DNA of 64,000 nucleotides from a virus: IMG/VR virus record IMGVR_UViG_3300042401_001747; one strand, 5' to 3'. Shown piece by piece: positions 56,701 to 64,000 of this stretch (position 1 is its first letter; each line of letters starts with the position of its first letter). The notes under the pieces were generated by a model. It saw only the letters and a program-made list of their open reading frames with translations, ran no database searches and was not told where the DNA came from. The position numbers and the translations under genes were made by a program.

Positions 56701-58503
56701 AATTATGAAGCTTCTCAGAGAGGCGTAAGCTTAGCCGGAAAAAGTGCCACCATGCTTGGGGTTGGAAAGGGGTTTGCAAAAACTCAAAGCCGTATTCGCG
56801 GTTCCGTGGAAGGCGCAATAGCGGGCGCGGGCGGAAGCTACATGTTGGGCGGCAAGCAGGAATTTGCCAACCCAGTAGCAGCCCTTGAGGCGTATTACAA
56901 GACTGCAGAAGGAAGCAAGGTCAGCGAAGAAGACAGAAAGACGCAGAAAAAAAAGGCAACCGGCACGCTGCGAACACTGCTGGAACAAACCGACCCAGCC
57001 GTTCAAAAGCAACTTGGAGAAATAGATAAACAAAACAGTGCAAGAATAGATGCGTTATCTAGAGCTACTGGTAAGAGTGGTGCAGAGCTAGAGCAAATGG
57101 CTAAAACAATGGGTGTTGACCTTTACAACCCAACCGTACAATACACCGAACTTTTAGGAAAATTTACTGCAGGCATTATAAAAACAGGAGCAGCCCTCAA
57201 TGACGCGCTGACTGATAATTTTCTTGCCGGAGCAAATCCCTTCAAGGAAACCAGAGAAAAAGATGAAAGTCAAGCCGCTCTTAATCAAAACATAGCTGGT
57301 TTAGGTGATGTTCTCCGTGGCAAAGGTAGCAAAGCTGAGAAATCGAAAGCCATTGGTGCATCTATGGAGCAGCAATTTGCGCAGCTGCTAGCAGTAAATG
57401 GTGGAGACGCTACAAAAGCTTATCTGTCCTATAACGAAATGTATGGACAAGGAGAAACGGGGGGTCTTTTTGCAAAAGGCGCGGCATTGGAGGGACAAGG
57501 AAAAACTGTCCTGCAAGACAAAGACGTTATAGCGTCTCAAGCAGCCATAAAAGAGGGGGCAGTAGGTAACGCCGCTGAGCAAATACGTGCAAGATTAGCA
57601 GATAAAGGAATGACCGTTGCCCCAGGTGTCTTGGAAGCAAAACTATCCGGAAAGACTCCTCAAGAACTAACAGGCATATTAGAGAATATTTCAAATTTTG
57701 ACAAAGACAGTAGCGTTCCAAAGGGTGGTGAACAAAACAAACTGAAAAAAGCAATAGGTGGAGAAACCGCGGCAGACGTAACGACAGGTCTTGAGGGCCT
57801 TCTGGGAAGCGGCGTAACTGTTACTGCCGAAGACCCAGACAAGCTTAACAAAATCGCCGATGCTGCTACTGATTTTTCTACGGCTGCAAAAGGCTTAGAA
57901 ACAGCAGTCACCACCTTTAACACCAATATGGATGGCTTCTTTAAGGCTCCTCTCGGCAACGCACCGGGATGGTGGTCGGCCGGACTAAAGGTTACTGGTA
58001 CGGGTGACGATATGCGTCTAATGCCTGGAGACACTTCAACCCCTCGCGGCGGTGCAATCGGAGACACTGCAACAAGCAAGCTTTCTCAAACAATGGGCCG
58101 TCACGCCGCCATGAACGGTCAGTTGACAGGAAAAAGAACAGTCACTTCTTCTCTTAGAGACTATGCACTTGGTTCAATCAACTCAGACCACGCAACTGGT
58201 TCTGCTTACGACCTCACAGGACAGAACCTTGGTCAATACGCAAAGCTTGTTCATGCAAATGGAGGCTTTGCTGAGTTCCACGGTTCCATGGCTAATCGTC
58301 ATCTTCATGTTGTTCCTGGTGCCGGAAAGATGGGCGACACAGCAACATCTACGCCAGTTTCTACAGCATCTAGTTCCGGTGGCGGAACCAATAATTACTA
58401 TACTTTTGAAATAAATGGCAACAACGCTGCTCCTGAGGTAATCGCCAACATGGTCATGGCCAAAATTCAAGAAAAAGAACGTTCTAACAGGCAGAGAACA
58501 TAA
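53710..58503 (+). CDS. Tape measure protein with C-terminal M15-like (LAS) peptidoglycan peptidase
   Basis: 1597 aa, Ala/Gly-rich helical, follows the chaperones; SDHATGSAYD...HLHV near the C-terminus. Confidence 0.9.
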   Translation: MADENINVKIKFDAQTGEIRRAIAEIAVLHKRLDKLSSGRTDKFANSTNKSLKSVTNGWKRSFDFIDKGAKMAGKGLTKFLGMSVKGVVAEMAILGATMIGIHALFAAGQFLVKAYRGAMQMLSAGAAGVVVAISAASAAIREQQAAIYAYRGKGAPAFGSAMNQTRMAMRNLQADAALSSLGIEALNKAYGNMSKSMNTGQINQSGGAIKALMDFGSAGQDPAKGLEQVSIVIAALSDKKKNISDVITEAKKLGPEMESALKKANVKTKKQFQELLMSGDLAKKGGVSGQFDAVNNTLISQMKGYFTRLRGEFADFGDQFLEPLKVAFARVFDKVRTDLMRVFAAIQYSFGAEEGINNFASAIEKASGWLVKMIREYLPAAIGMFDRIGDWYTKFKRGWNLVLDATRPLIDGAKVLYKALDPVWDSIKGGAQNLTLFKDLLEENSFFVEEFGQRIADIIDTLSEYFMGLKKNFAQMAPFINDLLAGLNQVFKVLTGIMTVGAGSGLGAALAPLMGAAVLGRGLAGVKGRLMPKSGNHTQNMNVTATNVSINNGAGPRNAGTTNEGRRVSSGSTASPMVYPGSSALGKISAPSVYGPSSQLSVFKASTNKEAFAAMRDTPNRRFIQNIRDGSKVQVRGSDFETRHSERFAERQAMGRGAGYAAFGQPKDPYSSPTIMGRDGKPQPNPQFNLAKSARFRAEQSLNGRSRRELHQIAADKGVTGITKKSTREEINRQILAKKGSVAEFKNDPRPVGIGTGISNDAKRLKSFAKGGASRVKYGGARALGGYRGAMSFLQSGAYDPETGEYKNTKEQRDEINKRYEKATSADTNRNRGSRMFAKLNRARETNRMLRNDSKFGAGTKKFNNSMGARAGVGIGLGMASQYAPEEMRGAMALGATVGTINPMLGLGVAGIGGAMKAQGAMKGALSGAAGGAALGGMLGPHGAAIGAGIGLLVGGIMGAVNKGKAQLAAAKATVMESLGELYMGTMKSANAKFQENYEASQRGVSLAGKSATMLGVGKGFAKTQSRIRGSVEGAIAGAGGSYMLGGKQEFANPVAALEAYYKTAEGSKVSEEDRKTQKKKATGTLRTLLEQTDPAVQKQLGEIDKQNSARIDALSRATGKSGAELEQMAKTMGVDLYNPTVQYTELLGKFTAGIIKTGAALNDALTDNFLAGANPFKETREKDESQAALNQNIAGLGDVLRGKGSKAEKSKAIGASMEQQFAQLLAVNGGDATKAYLSYNEMYGQGETGGLFAKGAALEGQGKTVLQDKDVIASQAAIKEGAVGNAAEQIRARLADKGMTVAPGVLEAKLSGKTPQELTGILENISNFDKDSSVPKGGEQNKLKKAIGGETAADVTTGLEGLLGSGVTVTAEDPDKLNKIADAATDFSTAAKGLETAVTTFNTNMDGFFKAPLGNAPGWWSAGLKVTGTGDDMRLMPGDTSTPRGGAIGDTATSKLSQTMGRHAAMNGQLTGKRTVTSSLRDYALGSINSDHATGSAYDLTGQNLGQYAKLVHANGGFAEFHGSMANRHLHVVPGAGKMGDTATSTPVSTASSSGGGTNNYYTFEINGNNAAPEVIANMVMAKIQEKERSNRQRT

Positions 58504-59984
58504 TGGCACTAAATAGCATCTCATACATAACTATCGGCTATACCGAAACAGACAACGCAAGCGTGCGAAAAGGGTATTCCATAAAAAAGCTTTTCAGGCA
58601 AACGGAAAACACAAACACCCCCATGTATCCTGCGTCATACACTCAAGTTTCTGCCCAGAAGTATTGGCTCCCATTCCTAAGCGGTTCTCAACAAGACTTC
58701 AACTACATCGAATATACGGCAGGCGATGAATATCTGTGGGACGATGATGACAATCTAAGAGCCCCACAGATACCATACTCAAACCCTAAAACTACAAAAT
58801 ACAATAATTATGTAACCGGTCACAAAATTGTTTTTGCAGGCAATATCTATGTAGCAACCCAGTACACATTTGAGTGGGGTCTCACTAAATTTCAAAGCAA
58901 CGAAAATCCATACAAGCAATCACAAATTAAAAAATGGCGCAAATTCACGGATACCGACGAAAATTGGCCTCAATACTGGTATCACCCTCTTCTTAAATTG
59001 TTTTTTCTTTTGGATTCCACGGACGCAATAGCTGAACTTCCTAATTTTGACGAAGCATCACAATCAAAATGGGATGGTTTTGTTGGCGATTCAGCAGACA
59101 TGAATCTTGAAAATTTTGACTCCGCCCAAATTAGAGAACTAATATCCCAAGGAACTTCTGCTACGGCTGCAACAAGCTTGGTAAATTCTCTGTCTACAAG
59201 GAATAGCGCGTTTATGACTGCATATGTCACTAGCGCTACGGCAACAAAAAGTGCAACAATTTCTGTTTCTTCACCCGTATCAACCGTGAAATCATCATCG
59301 TTGCCAGATTTGCCAAAGATGATTCAGCGCAGGGCAACGTCTAACTCTACCGAAAAAACTGTATTAGATGAATACACGTTCAACTTACGGCCTAACAATA
59401 TCTCATACAGCAATATCGGAGTTACATGGACGGAAATTGACCGTGTAAACAATTACGGATTAGTTGATTACAAAAACAATAAGCTTATGAAAATTTCATT
59501 TGAATTTGTTGTCGAAGAGCATTCTGGTGGAAAGTCAAGCATCCACGAATCATGTGAAGACCAGCTTGCAAAACTACAGAGAATGGCGAACACTCCTGAA
59601 CTTGTAACCTTTAGGAATTTTGACTCACTGTTTAGTGGCAGCACAAAAGTAATAGAAGAAAAAAGCTACAGGGAATGGGCGATTTTTGATATATCAATCT
59701 CTTCCATTCAAAGAACTCCTCTCACTTCCACGTCTAATGGAGGAAGCATAAGTCGCGCGACCGTCAGTATGACAATCCAAGAAGTTCGCCTTACTCCGGA
59801 CAATGTTATTTTCATGCCAAAACTTCGTAAAGTTCCCCGCGTGCCAAACGCTCCAGGGGATACTCCTGACCCAGAATTGTGTACCGAACTAGCAACCGAT
59901 TCTTCTCCAACATCTCGGGAAGGCGGAATCAAACTTAGTCCGTGCTGGTACAAGAACCGCGGGCTTCCCGTTCCTGCGGAGTGA
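58503..59984 (+). CDS. Baseplate / tail-tube initiator-like protein
   Basis: Immediately after the tape measure; C-terminal beta-rich YTFNLRPNNISYS...SISSIQR...RATVSMTIQE. Confidence 0.55.
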   Translation: MALNSISYITIGYTETDNASVRKGYSIKKLFRQTENTNTPMYPASYTQVSAQKYWLPFLSGSQQDFNYIEYTAGDEYLWDDDDNLRAPQIPYSNPKTTKYNNYVTGHKIVFAGNIYVATQYTFEWGLTKFQSNENPYKQSQIKKWRKFTDTDENWPQYWYHPLLKLFFLLDSTDAIAELPNFDEASQSKWDGFVGDSADMNLENFDSAQIRELISQGTSATAATSLVNSLSTRNSAFMTAYVTSATATKSATISVSSPVSTVKSSSLPDLPKMIQRRATSNSTEKTVLDEYTFNLRPNNISYSNIGVTWTEIDRVNNYGLVDYKNNKLMKISFEFVVEEHSGGKSSIHESCEDQLAKLQRMANTPELVTFRNFDSLFSGSTKVIEEKSYREWAIFDISISSIQRTPLTSTSNGGSISRATVSMTIQEVRLTPDNVIFMPKLRKVPRVPNAPGDTPDPELCTELATDSSPTSREGGIKLSPCWYKNRGLPVPAE

Positions 59985-59992
59985 TATAGATT

Positions 59993-61723
59993 ATGGCTAA
60001 ATTATTTTTACCGTCCAGCGTAGACACTTTCGGAAAACCTACGACCGGCCCTACTAGGCCTAACTTTCGAGGACCTTTTGAAAGAAAGATAGTTATATCT
60101 TCTCTGCCTGACAATTTGGTATCAGATATTTCCGATATGGTAACGGACTTGTCGGTTAGCTACTCGCTTAGTCAGGCTTCTGAATTATCTTTTGACGTCA
60201 TAGATGTCGATTTAAAGATGTCAAGAAACAACTATTTTATACTAGGTAGAGACGTAATATACGAGACACAAACCTTAGGAAGGGTTAACTCTTTTACTGG
60301 CGAAGTGAGGCAGGTTAGACAGCTATTTGAGATAGCTGACGTCACCGTGGCGCAGGGACCAGGCGGCAGCGCCGTTTACAGTGTTAAGTGCTATTCAAAA
60401 GCGTACCAGCAAATGAAGAGAGACAAGACTCCAGCAACAATTAAAGGAAACGGCAGTCAGTACGTTAAGAATGCTGCAAAAAAATACGGCCTTGACTTCT
60501 ACTGCGAAGAATCATCTAAACCAAGAAATATAACTAAAGCAAAAGGTTCAAAGCAGCAGGATTCTGTTTGGGATGTTTTGCTTAGATTAGCAGGCGATGC
60601 AAAATTTGTTTTATTTGAAGTAGATGGTGTGTTGGTTTTTGCTTCCGAAACTTTCCTGCTTCACAAATGGGGCACAAACATAAGATTTATAGACAAAAAA
60701 ATAGTTGATAAAAAAACTAAAAAAAAGTCTATAAAAAAACTCGCCAGAAGATTTATTCCTCTACAGTGGCCAAATAGTGGTCCTCAATATATAGGAACTG
60801 CTGGGTACTTTCGTCTTATCGAAAGACCTACGATTATAAAGTCTCAAAACGACCCATATGCCGCAAACGGTAGCTGCTTAGTTGAACGATTTAATGGCGT
60901 ACAGATTCGTCCTGGAATGACTGCCTATGTTGGTACCGTTCCTAATGCGTCTGGTTACTACTTAGTAGAATCCGTGTCGTTCAAGGAAATGACGCCAGAA
61001 CCTGTTGCTGTTGGTTTCAGAACACTTACTCGTGATGAAGAAAAAGAAGCCATAAAGCTCTTGCCTCTAGGTGAAAAATATCAACAGACATTCGTGCGAG
61101 ACGCTCCCTTGCGTACAACAAAGGAAGCAGTTCGTGACGCAGCTGGAAATCCAATAACAAAAGCTAATCCAGACAAAAGAATTATTGGAGAAAATCTTCC
61201 AACAGAACTATTCCCATTTCGTTATCCAGAAATGGAGTACGCAAACATCTCCCGCACATATGCATCTACTTATGGAAAAATACCGAAGAGCACAAACAAT
61301 AGAAACTCAGTAATACTAACCGGCAATATAGACCTATGGAATAGACCGATAATCCCTATCTTAAATCAAGCAAGCACTAAGACTATCGGTTATCACACTC
61401 TTTTTACAATATCGCGCATCGAAGCCGCTGGTTCTGAATATAGGGCAATTTTACTGCCTCTTGTTTACACGGTTAATGGAGAGGCTGTGATTAAATCTGT
61501 AGAGGAAGTCTATGCGAAATACGATGCTGACGGTGGATATTCGGGGTCGGCAAAATACCTGGCGGTAGTTAGGGGTAGTTCCAGGGAAGACGCAATACTT
61601 AATGGACGAGACTACGGACTACTTTTATCTAGACAGCAATCTCTCATAATTGAAAAACGATTCCCTGGCATTAATTCCGCAGACTTTCCCAACACTCCTG
61701 GGGGTGTAAACAGTGAGTTGTAA
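59993..61723 (+). CDS. Baseplate hub (gpD/gp27-like) with C-terminal extension
   Basis: ELSFDVID, AKKYGL, DSVWDVLLRLA...FEVDGVLVF, IRPGMT...GYYLVESV. Confidence 0.7.
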   Translation: MAKLFLPSSVDTFGKPTTGPTRPNFRGPFERKIVISSLPDNLVSDISDMVTDLSVSYSLSQASELSFDVIDVDLKMSRNNYFILGRDVIYETQTLGRVNSFTGEVRQVRQLFEIADVTVAQGPGGSAVYSVKCYSKAYQQMKRDKTPATIKGNGSQYVKNAAKKYGLDFYCEESSKPRNITKAKGSKQQDSVWDVLLRLAGDAKFVLFEVDGVLVFASETFLLHKWGTNIRFIDKKIVDKKTKKKSIKKLARRFIPLQWPNSGPQYIGTAGYFRLIERPTIIKSQNDPYAANGSCLVERFNGVQIRPGMTAYVGTVPNASGYYLVESVSFKEMTPEPVAVGFRTLTRDEEKEAIKLLPLGEKYQQTFVRDAPLRTTKEAVRDAAGNPITKANPDKRIIGENLPTELFPFRYPEMEYANISRTYASTYGKIPKSTNNRNSVILTGNIDLWNRPIIPILNQASTKTIGYHTLFTISRIEAAGSEYRAILLPLVYTVNGEAVIKSVEEVYAKYDADGGYSGSAKYLAVVRGSSREDAILNGRDYGLLLSRQQSLIIEKRFPGINSADFPNTPGGVNSEL

Positions 61724-61765
61724 TACGCGATTTTTAATTAAACTTGGCGTAGTAAGGTAGCGGCC

Positions 61766-63289
61766 ATGGCAGAAATTATTGACAGAGTAAAATCGTCATC
61801 CCATCCGCTTGCCCCAGGTCGCATTTATTCAGGAATAATAAAAGCAGTTGATTCACGCGGTGCCGTAACTGTATACGTTCAGGAGCTGGCATCTTCTTAT
61901 GAAAGAGTCGTCCCTCTTAATACAAATAGCAATTCAATCTTGACTATTGGGGACGTAGTTAAATGTACGTTTTCTAACGAGTTCTTTACTGAGCTAGTTG
62001 TTTTAGGACTAGCAACCATCAAAGAAGCGCCGCAAGCAGGAGTAGCCATATCCGATGCGGCTCCATCAACTCCATCCTCTGGTGATTTATGGTTTGACTC
62101 AAGTACGAGTACCACTTTTATTTACTACGACTCGTCTTGGATTGAAATTGGACCACAACCACTAAGTATTGTTGGGGCAACTGGAGCGACCGGACCTGCA
62201 GGTGGACCAACTGGCCCGACTGGACTTACAGGAGCAACCGGTCCGACTGGTTTAACTGGTGCGACTGGTCCTGCAGGCGCTACCGGTATCGGCGCAACTG
62301 GAGCAACTGGTCCGACAGGGGTTGGGACAACTGGCGCAACTGGCCCCCAGGGCGACCCGGGATTTAATGGTTTGCCCGGGCTAGATGGAGTAACCGGACC
62401 AACTGGACCCACAGGTTTAACTGGCGCAACAGGACCTACTGGAATTACTGGCGCAACTGGTCCTGCTGGTGGTCCAACCGGTGCAACTGGACCCATTGGG
62501 GCAACTGGACCTTCGGGTGTTCCTGGTTCAAATGGTGTTACATCACTAGCTGGCGGTACGGGAGTGACTGTTTCTGGAGCAACAGGTGCCGTTACTGTGA
62601 GTATTGGTCAATCGGTTACCACCACAGCGACTCCAACTTTCGGAAACATAACTGCATCCGGTTCTGGGGATACAAGTATAAAAATTAACTCCACCAGCGG
62701 TTATGCCATTCAGTATTTTTCGATAAATGGCACCAACAGATGGCATTATGAAGTTACCCCCTCCTATCAGTCGTGGGCGCTTGTTGAATCGGGTGTCGCT
62801 CAACGAATGACTGTTGAAGCAGGTTCAGGACCAACTACTTTTGCAAACTTGGTCAAGAAGCCAAGTCAGCCTTCTTTTCTTATTTATACAGGTGGATATA
62901 ACCACCCAGCAAACTGGGTGGACATCAGCCTGCTTGGTGGCACTGCCATAGTTAGCCACAACAACGGTTCGCATTGGAATAGTTCAACAGGGTTATTTAC
63001 TGCTCCTGCTACGGGTTACTACCTGTTTTATGCTGGTGGTTGGGGAAACTATGCTGGTGCTGGAAACAGATACGCAATCAGTTTTTCTGTCAACCAAACA
63101 GTAGGCGGAGACTGGGCGTTTATCAGTGGTGCCAACACCTCGCTGGTAGATAGCCCTTTGGCGATGTCGCCAGTAGTTCGCTATATGGCAAGTGGTGACT
63201 ACATGAGAACGACTATGTTTTCTTCGGTTGGGATGCAACTCGGCACAAGTTCCCACAAGTTTTACTATGGTGGATATTTTTTAGGTTAG
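61766..63289 (+). CDS. Baseplate spike-like OB domain fused to a collagen-like stalk and C1q-like head
   Basis: N-terminal YSGIIKAVD...VTVYV...IGDVVKCTF...VVLG; G-X-T triplet run ~62170-62540; C-terminal QPSF...[11 protein letters not shown]...GDY...YGGYFLG. Confidence 0.75.
   Translation: MAEIIDRVKSSSHPLAPGRIYSGIIKAVDSRGAVTVYVQELASSYERVVPLNTNSNSILTIGDVVKCTFSNEFFTELVVLGLATIKEAPQAGVAISDAAPSTPSSGDLWFDSSTSTTFIYYDSSWIEIGPQPLSIVGATGATGPAGGPTGPTGLTGATGPTGLTGATGPAGATGIGATGATGPTGVGTTGATGPQGDPGFNGLPGLDGVTGPTGPTGLTGATGPTGITGATGPAGGPTGATGPIGATGPSGVPGSNGVTSLAGGTGVTVSGATGAVTVSIGQSVTTTATPTFGNITASGSGDTSIKINSTSGYAIQYFSINGTNRWHYEVTPSYQSWALVESGVAQRMTVEAGSGPTTFANLVKKPSQPSFLIYTGGYNHPANWVDISLLGGTAIVSHNNGSHWNSSTGLFTAPATGYYLFYAGGWGNYAGAGNRYAISFSVNQTVGGDWAFISGANTSLVDSPLAMSPVVRYMASGDYMRTTMFSSVGMQLGTSSHKFYYGGYFLG
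62170..62540 (+). repeat. Collagen-like Gly-X-Thr coding repeat
   Basis: [20 protein letters not shown]... tandem triplets. Confidence 0.9.
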
Positions 63290-63296
63290 GAAAACT

Positions 63297-63599
63297 ATGA
63301 ACACATTTACAATCACACTTACAGATGCAGAACTTAAAGCCCTTGCTTTTGTCGCTTACGACCCTCAAGATTGGATGGACAATGCGATTCGCGAGCGGTG
63401 TCGTCTTGCTATGGAAGAAATTTTTACGGCGGAAGTGGCGCGGATGGTTGCTGACCCATCTACCACTTCAATTCCCGCGGACCGTGAGGCTATAGTTCTA
63501 GCCGCTGATATCAAAACAGCCAAAGAAATCCACGAAGAGAGCATGCTTCCAGTAGATACACCTCCACCTGCTCTGCCCGAAAATCCGGATGTGGGATAA
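63297..63599 (+). CDS. Small protein after the fibre gene (possible fibre chaperone)
   Basis: TITLTDAELKAL...DPQDWMDNAIRERCR; position. Confidence 0.6.
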   Translation: MNTFTITLTDAELKALAFVAYDPQDWMDNAIRERCRLAMEEIFTAEVARMVADPSTTSIPADREAIVLAADIKTAKEIHEESMLPVDTPPPALPENPDVG

Positions 63600-63606
63600 T
63601 TGAAAA

Positions 63607-63909
63607 ATGGATTCTCTTGCTTTTCCAATAAAATTTGACAGTACTGGTATCAAAAAACACCAGGACGGAACAACTGACTACTACTCTCAGTTGCTGTCTA
63701 TCTGCATGCTTACAGAGCCCGGAACCCACCCGATGACTCCTAGGTTTGGAGCCTTTGACCCAGTTTTTCAAGAGATAGACAAAAACGTGTTTATTCTTAA
63801 CGCTGCCCAGTTTGTCCCAGAAATTACTATTACAGCAATGGAAACGACAGGCGTCGAACAGTCCTCTGGGGCGGCCAAGATTTCAGTAGCTTTTGAAATA
63901 GCGGATTAA
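63607..63909 (+). CDS. Baseplate wedge gp25-like protein
   Basis: LAFPIKF...LTEPGTHPMTPRFG...FVPEI. Confidence 0.75.
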   Translation: MDSLAFPIKFDSTGIKKHQDGTTDYYSQLLSICMLTEPGTHPMTPRFGAFDPVFQEIDKNVFILNAAQFVPEITITAMETTGVEQSSGAAKISVAFEIAD

Positions 63910-63918
63910 GGACAAGAC

Positions 63919-64000
63919 ATGCCAGCAGATTTTAGTGAATACGTAGACCTATCAATATTTGATAAGGAACCTGGAGACATCTATAGAGACTCAATAGAGC
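63919..64000 (+). CDS. Baseplate J-like protein, 5' fragment
   Basis: AAGGA RBS; MPADFSEYVDLSIFDKEPGDIY... runs off the window; follows the gp25-like gene. Confidence 0.55.
   Translation, partial: MPADFSEYVDLSIFDKEPGDIYRDSIE

Noticed and set aside
62125-62496. Minus-strand PVAPVGP repeat ORF, or a possible repeat array
   Set aside because: Antisense of the collagen-like coding repeat; no constant repeat-spacer structure.
1-64000. Stop-codon reassignment
   Set aside because: Genes tile densely under the standard code, TAG/TGA/TAA all end recognisable proteins, and the only tRNA seen is a sense Arg tRNA.

Overview
This window is 64 kb of a large tailed-phage genome with a contractile (myovirus-type) tail. 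The host is very probably an actinobacterium: there is a WhiB-family gene, many apparently leaderless genes and a tRNA-Arg(UCU). Left to right: (1) an unannotated large minus-strand ORF that runs off the left edge (<1..1573, GNAT-like); (2) a replication and regulation block (HTH, primase-helicase, WhiB, class II ribonucleotide reductase, HNH endonuclease, tRNA); (3) a minus-strand head module (HK97-fold capsid, several Cys-motif head proteins, two giant ~2,900-aa multidomain proteins, a PepSY/acidic scaffold-like protein, portal); (4) a divergent plus-strand block (terminase large subunit, Rad52/Sak, RecB/Cas4-like nuclease, RuvC-like, ParB and PAPS-reductase/ParB pair); (5) neck, sheath, tube, frameshifted chaperone, tape measure and baseplate genes. 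The main find is a putative virion-packaged polyprotein system. The pentapeptide RLSSG occurs 8 times exactly, plus variants, written with different synonymous codons. It sits at domain boundaries of three large proteins, one of which begins with the HK97-type prohead protease. The cargo bracketed by the motif includes GNAT, ArdC-like ssDNA-binding/zincin, SF1 helicase, tandem ParB-like and DUF3626-like modules. Two of these proteins also share a 27-aa leader (E-x-KAA-x2-RLG...N-x-P-x-IG-x-GR), a candidate capsid-targeting signal. Other finds: a four-copy candidate late promoter (TAGTTRCAM-N21-TAnnnT), a hairpin-stimulated -1 frameshift, and a spike-collagen-C1q fusion. All family assignments come from motif recognition by eye; no database searches were run.
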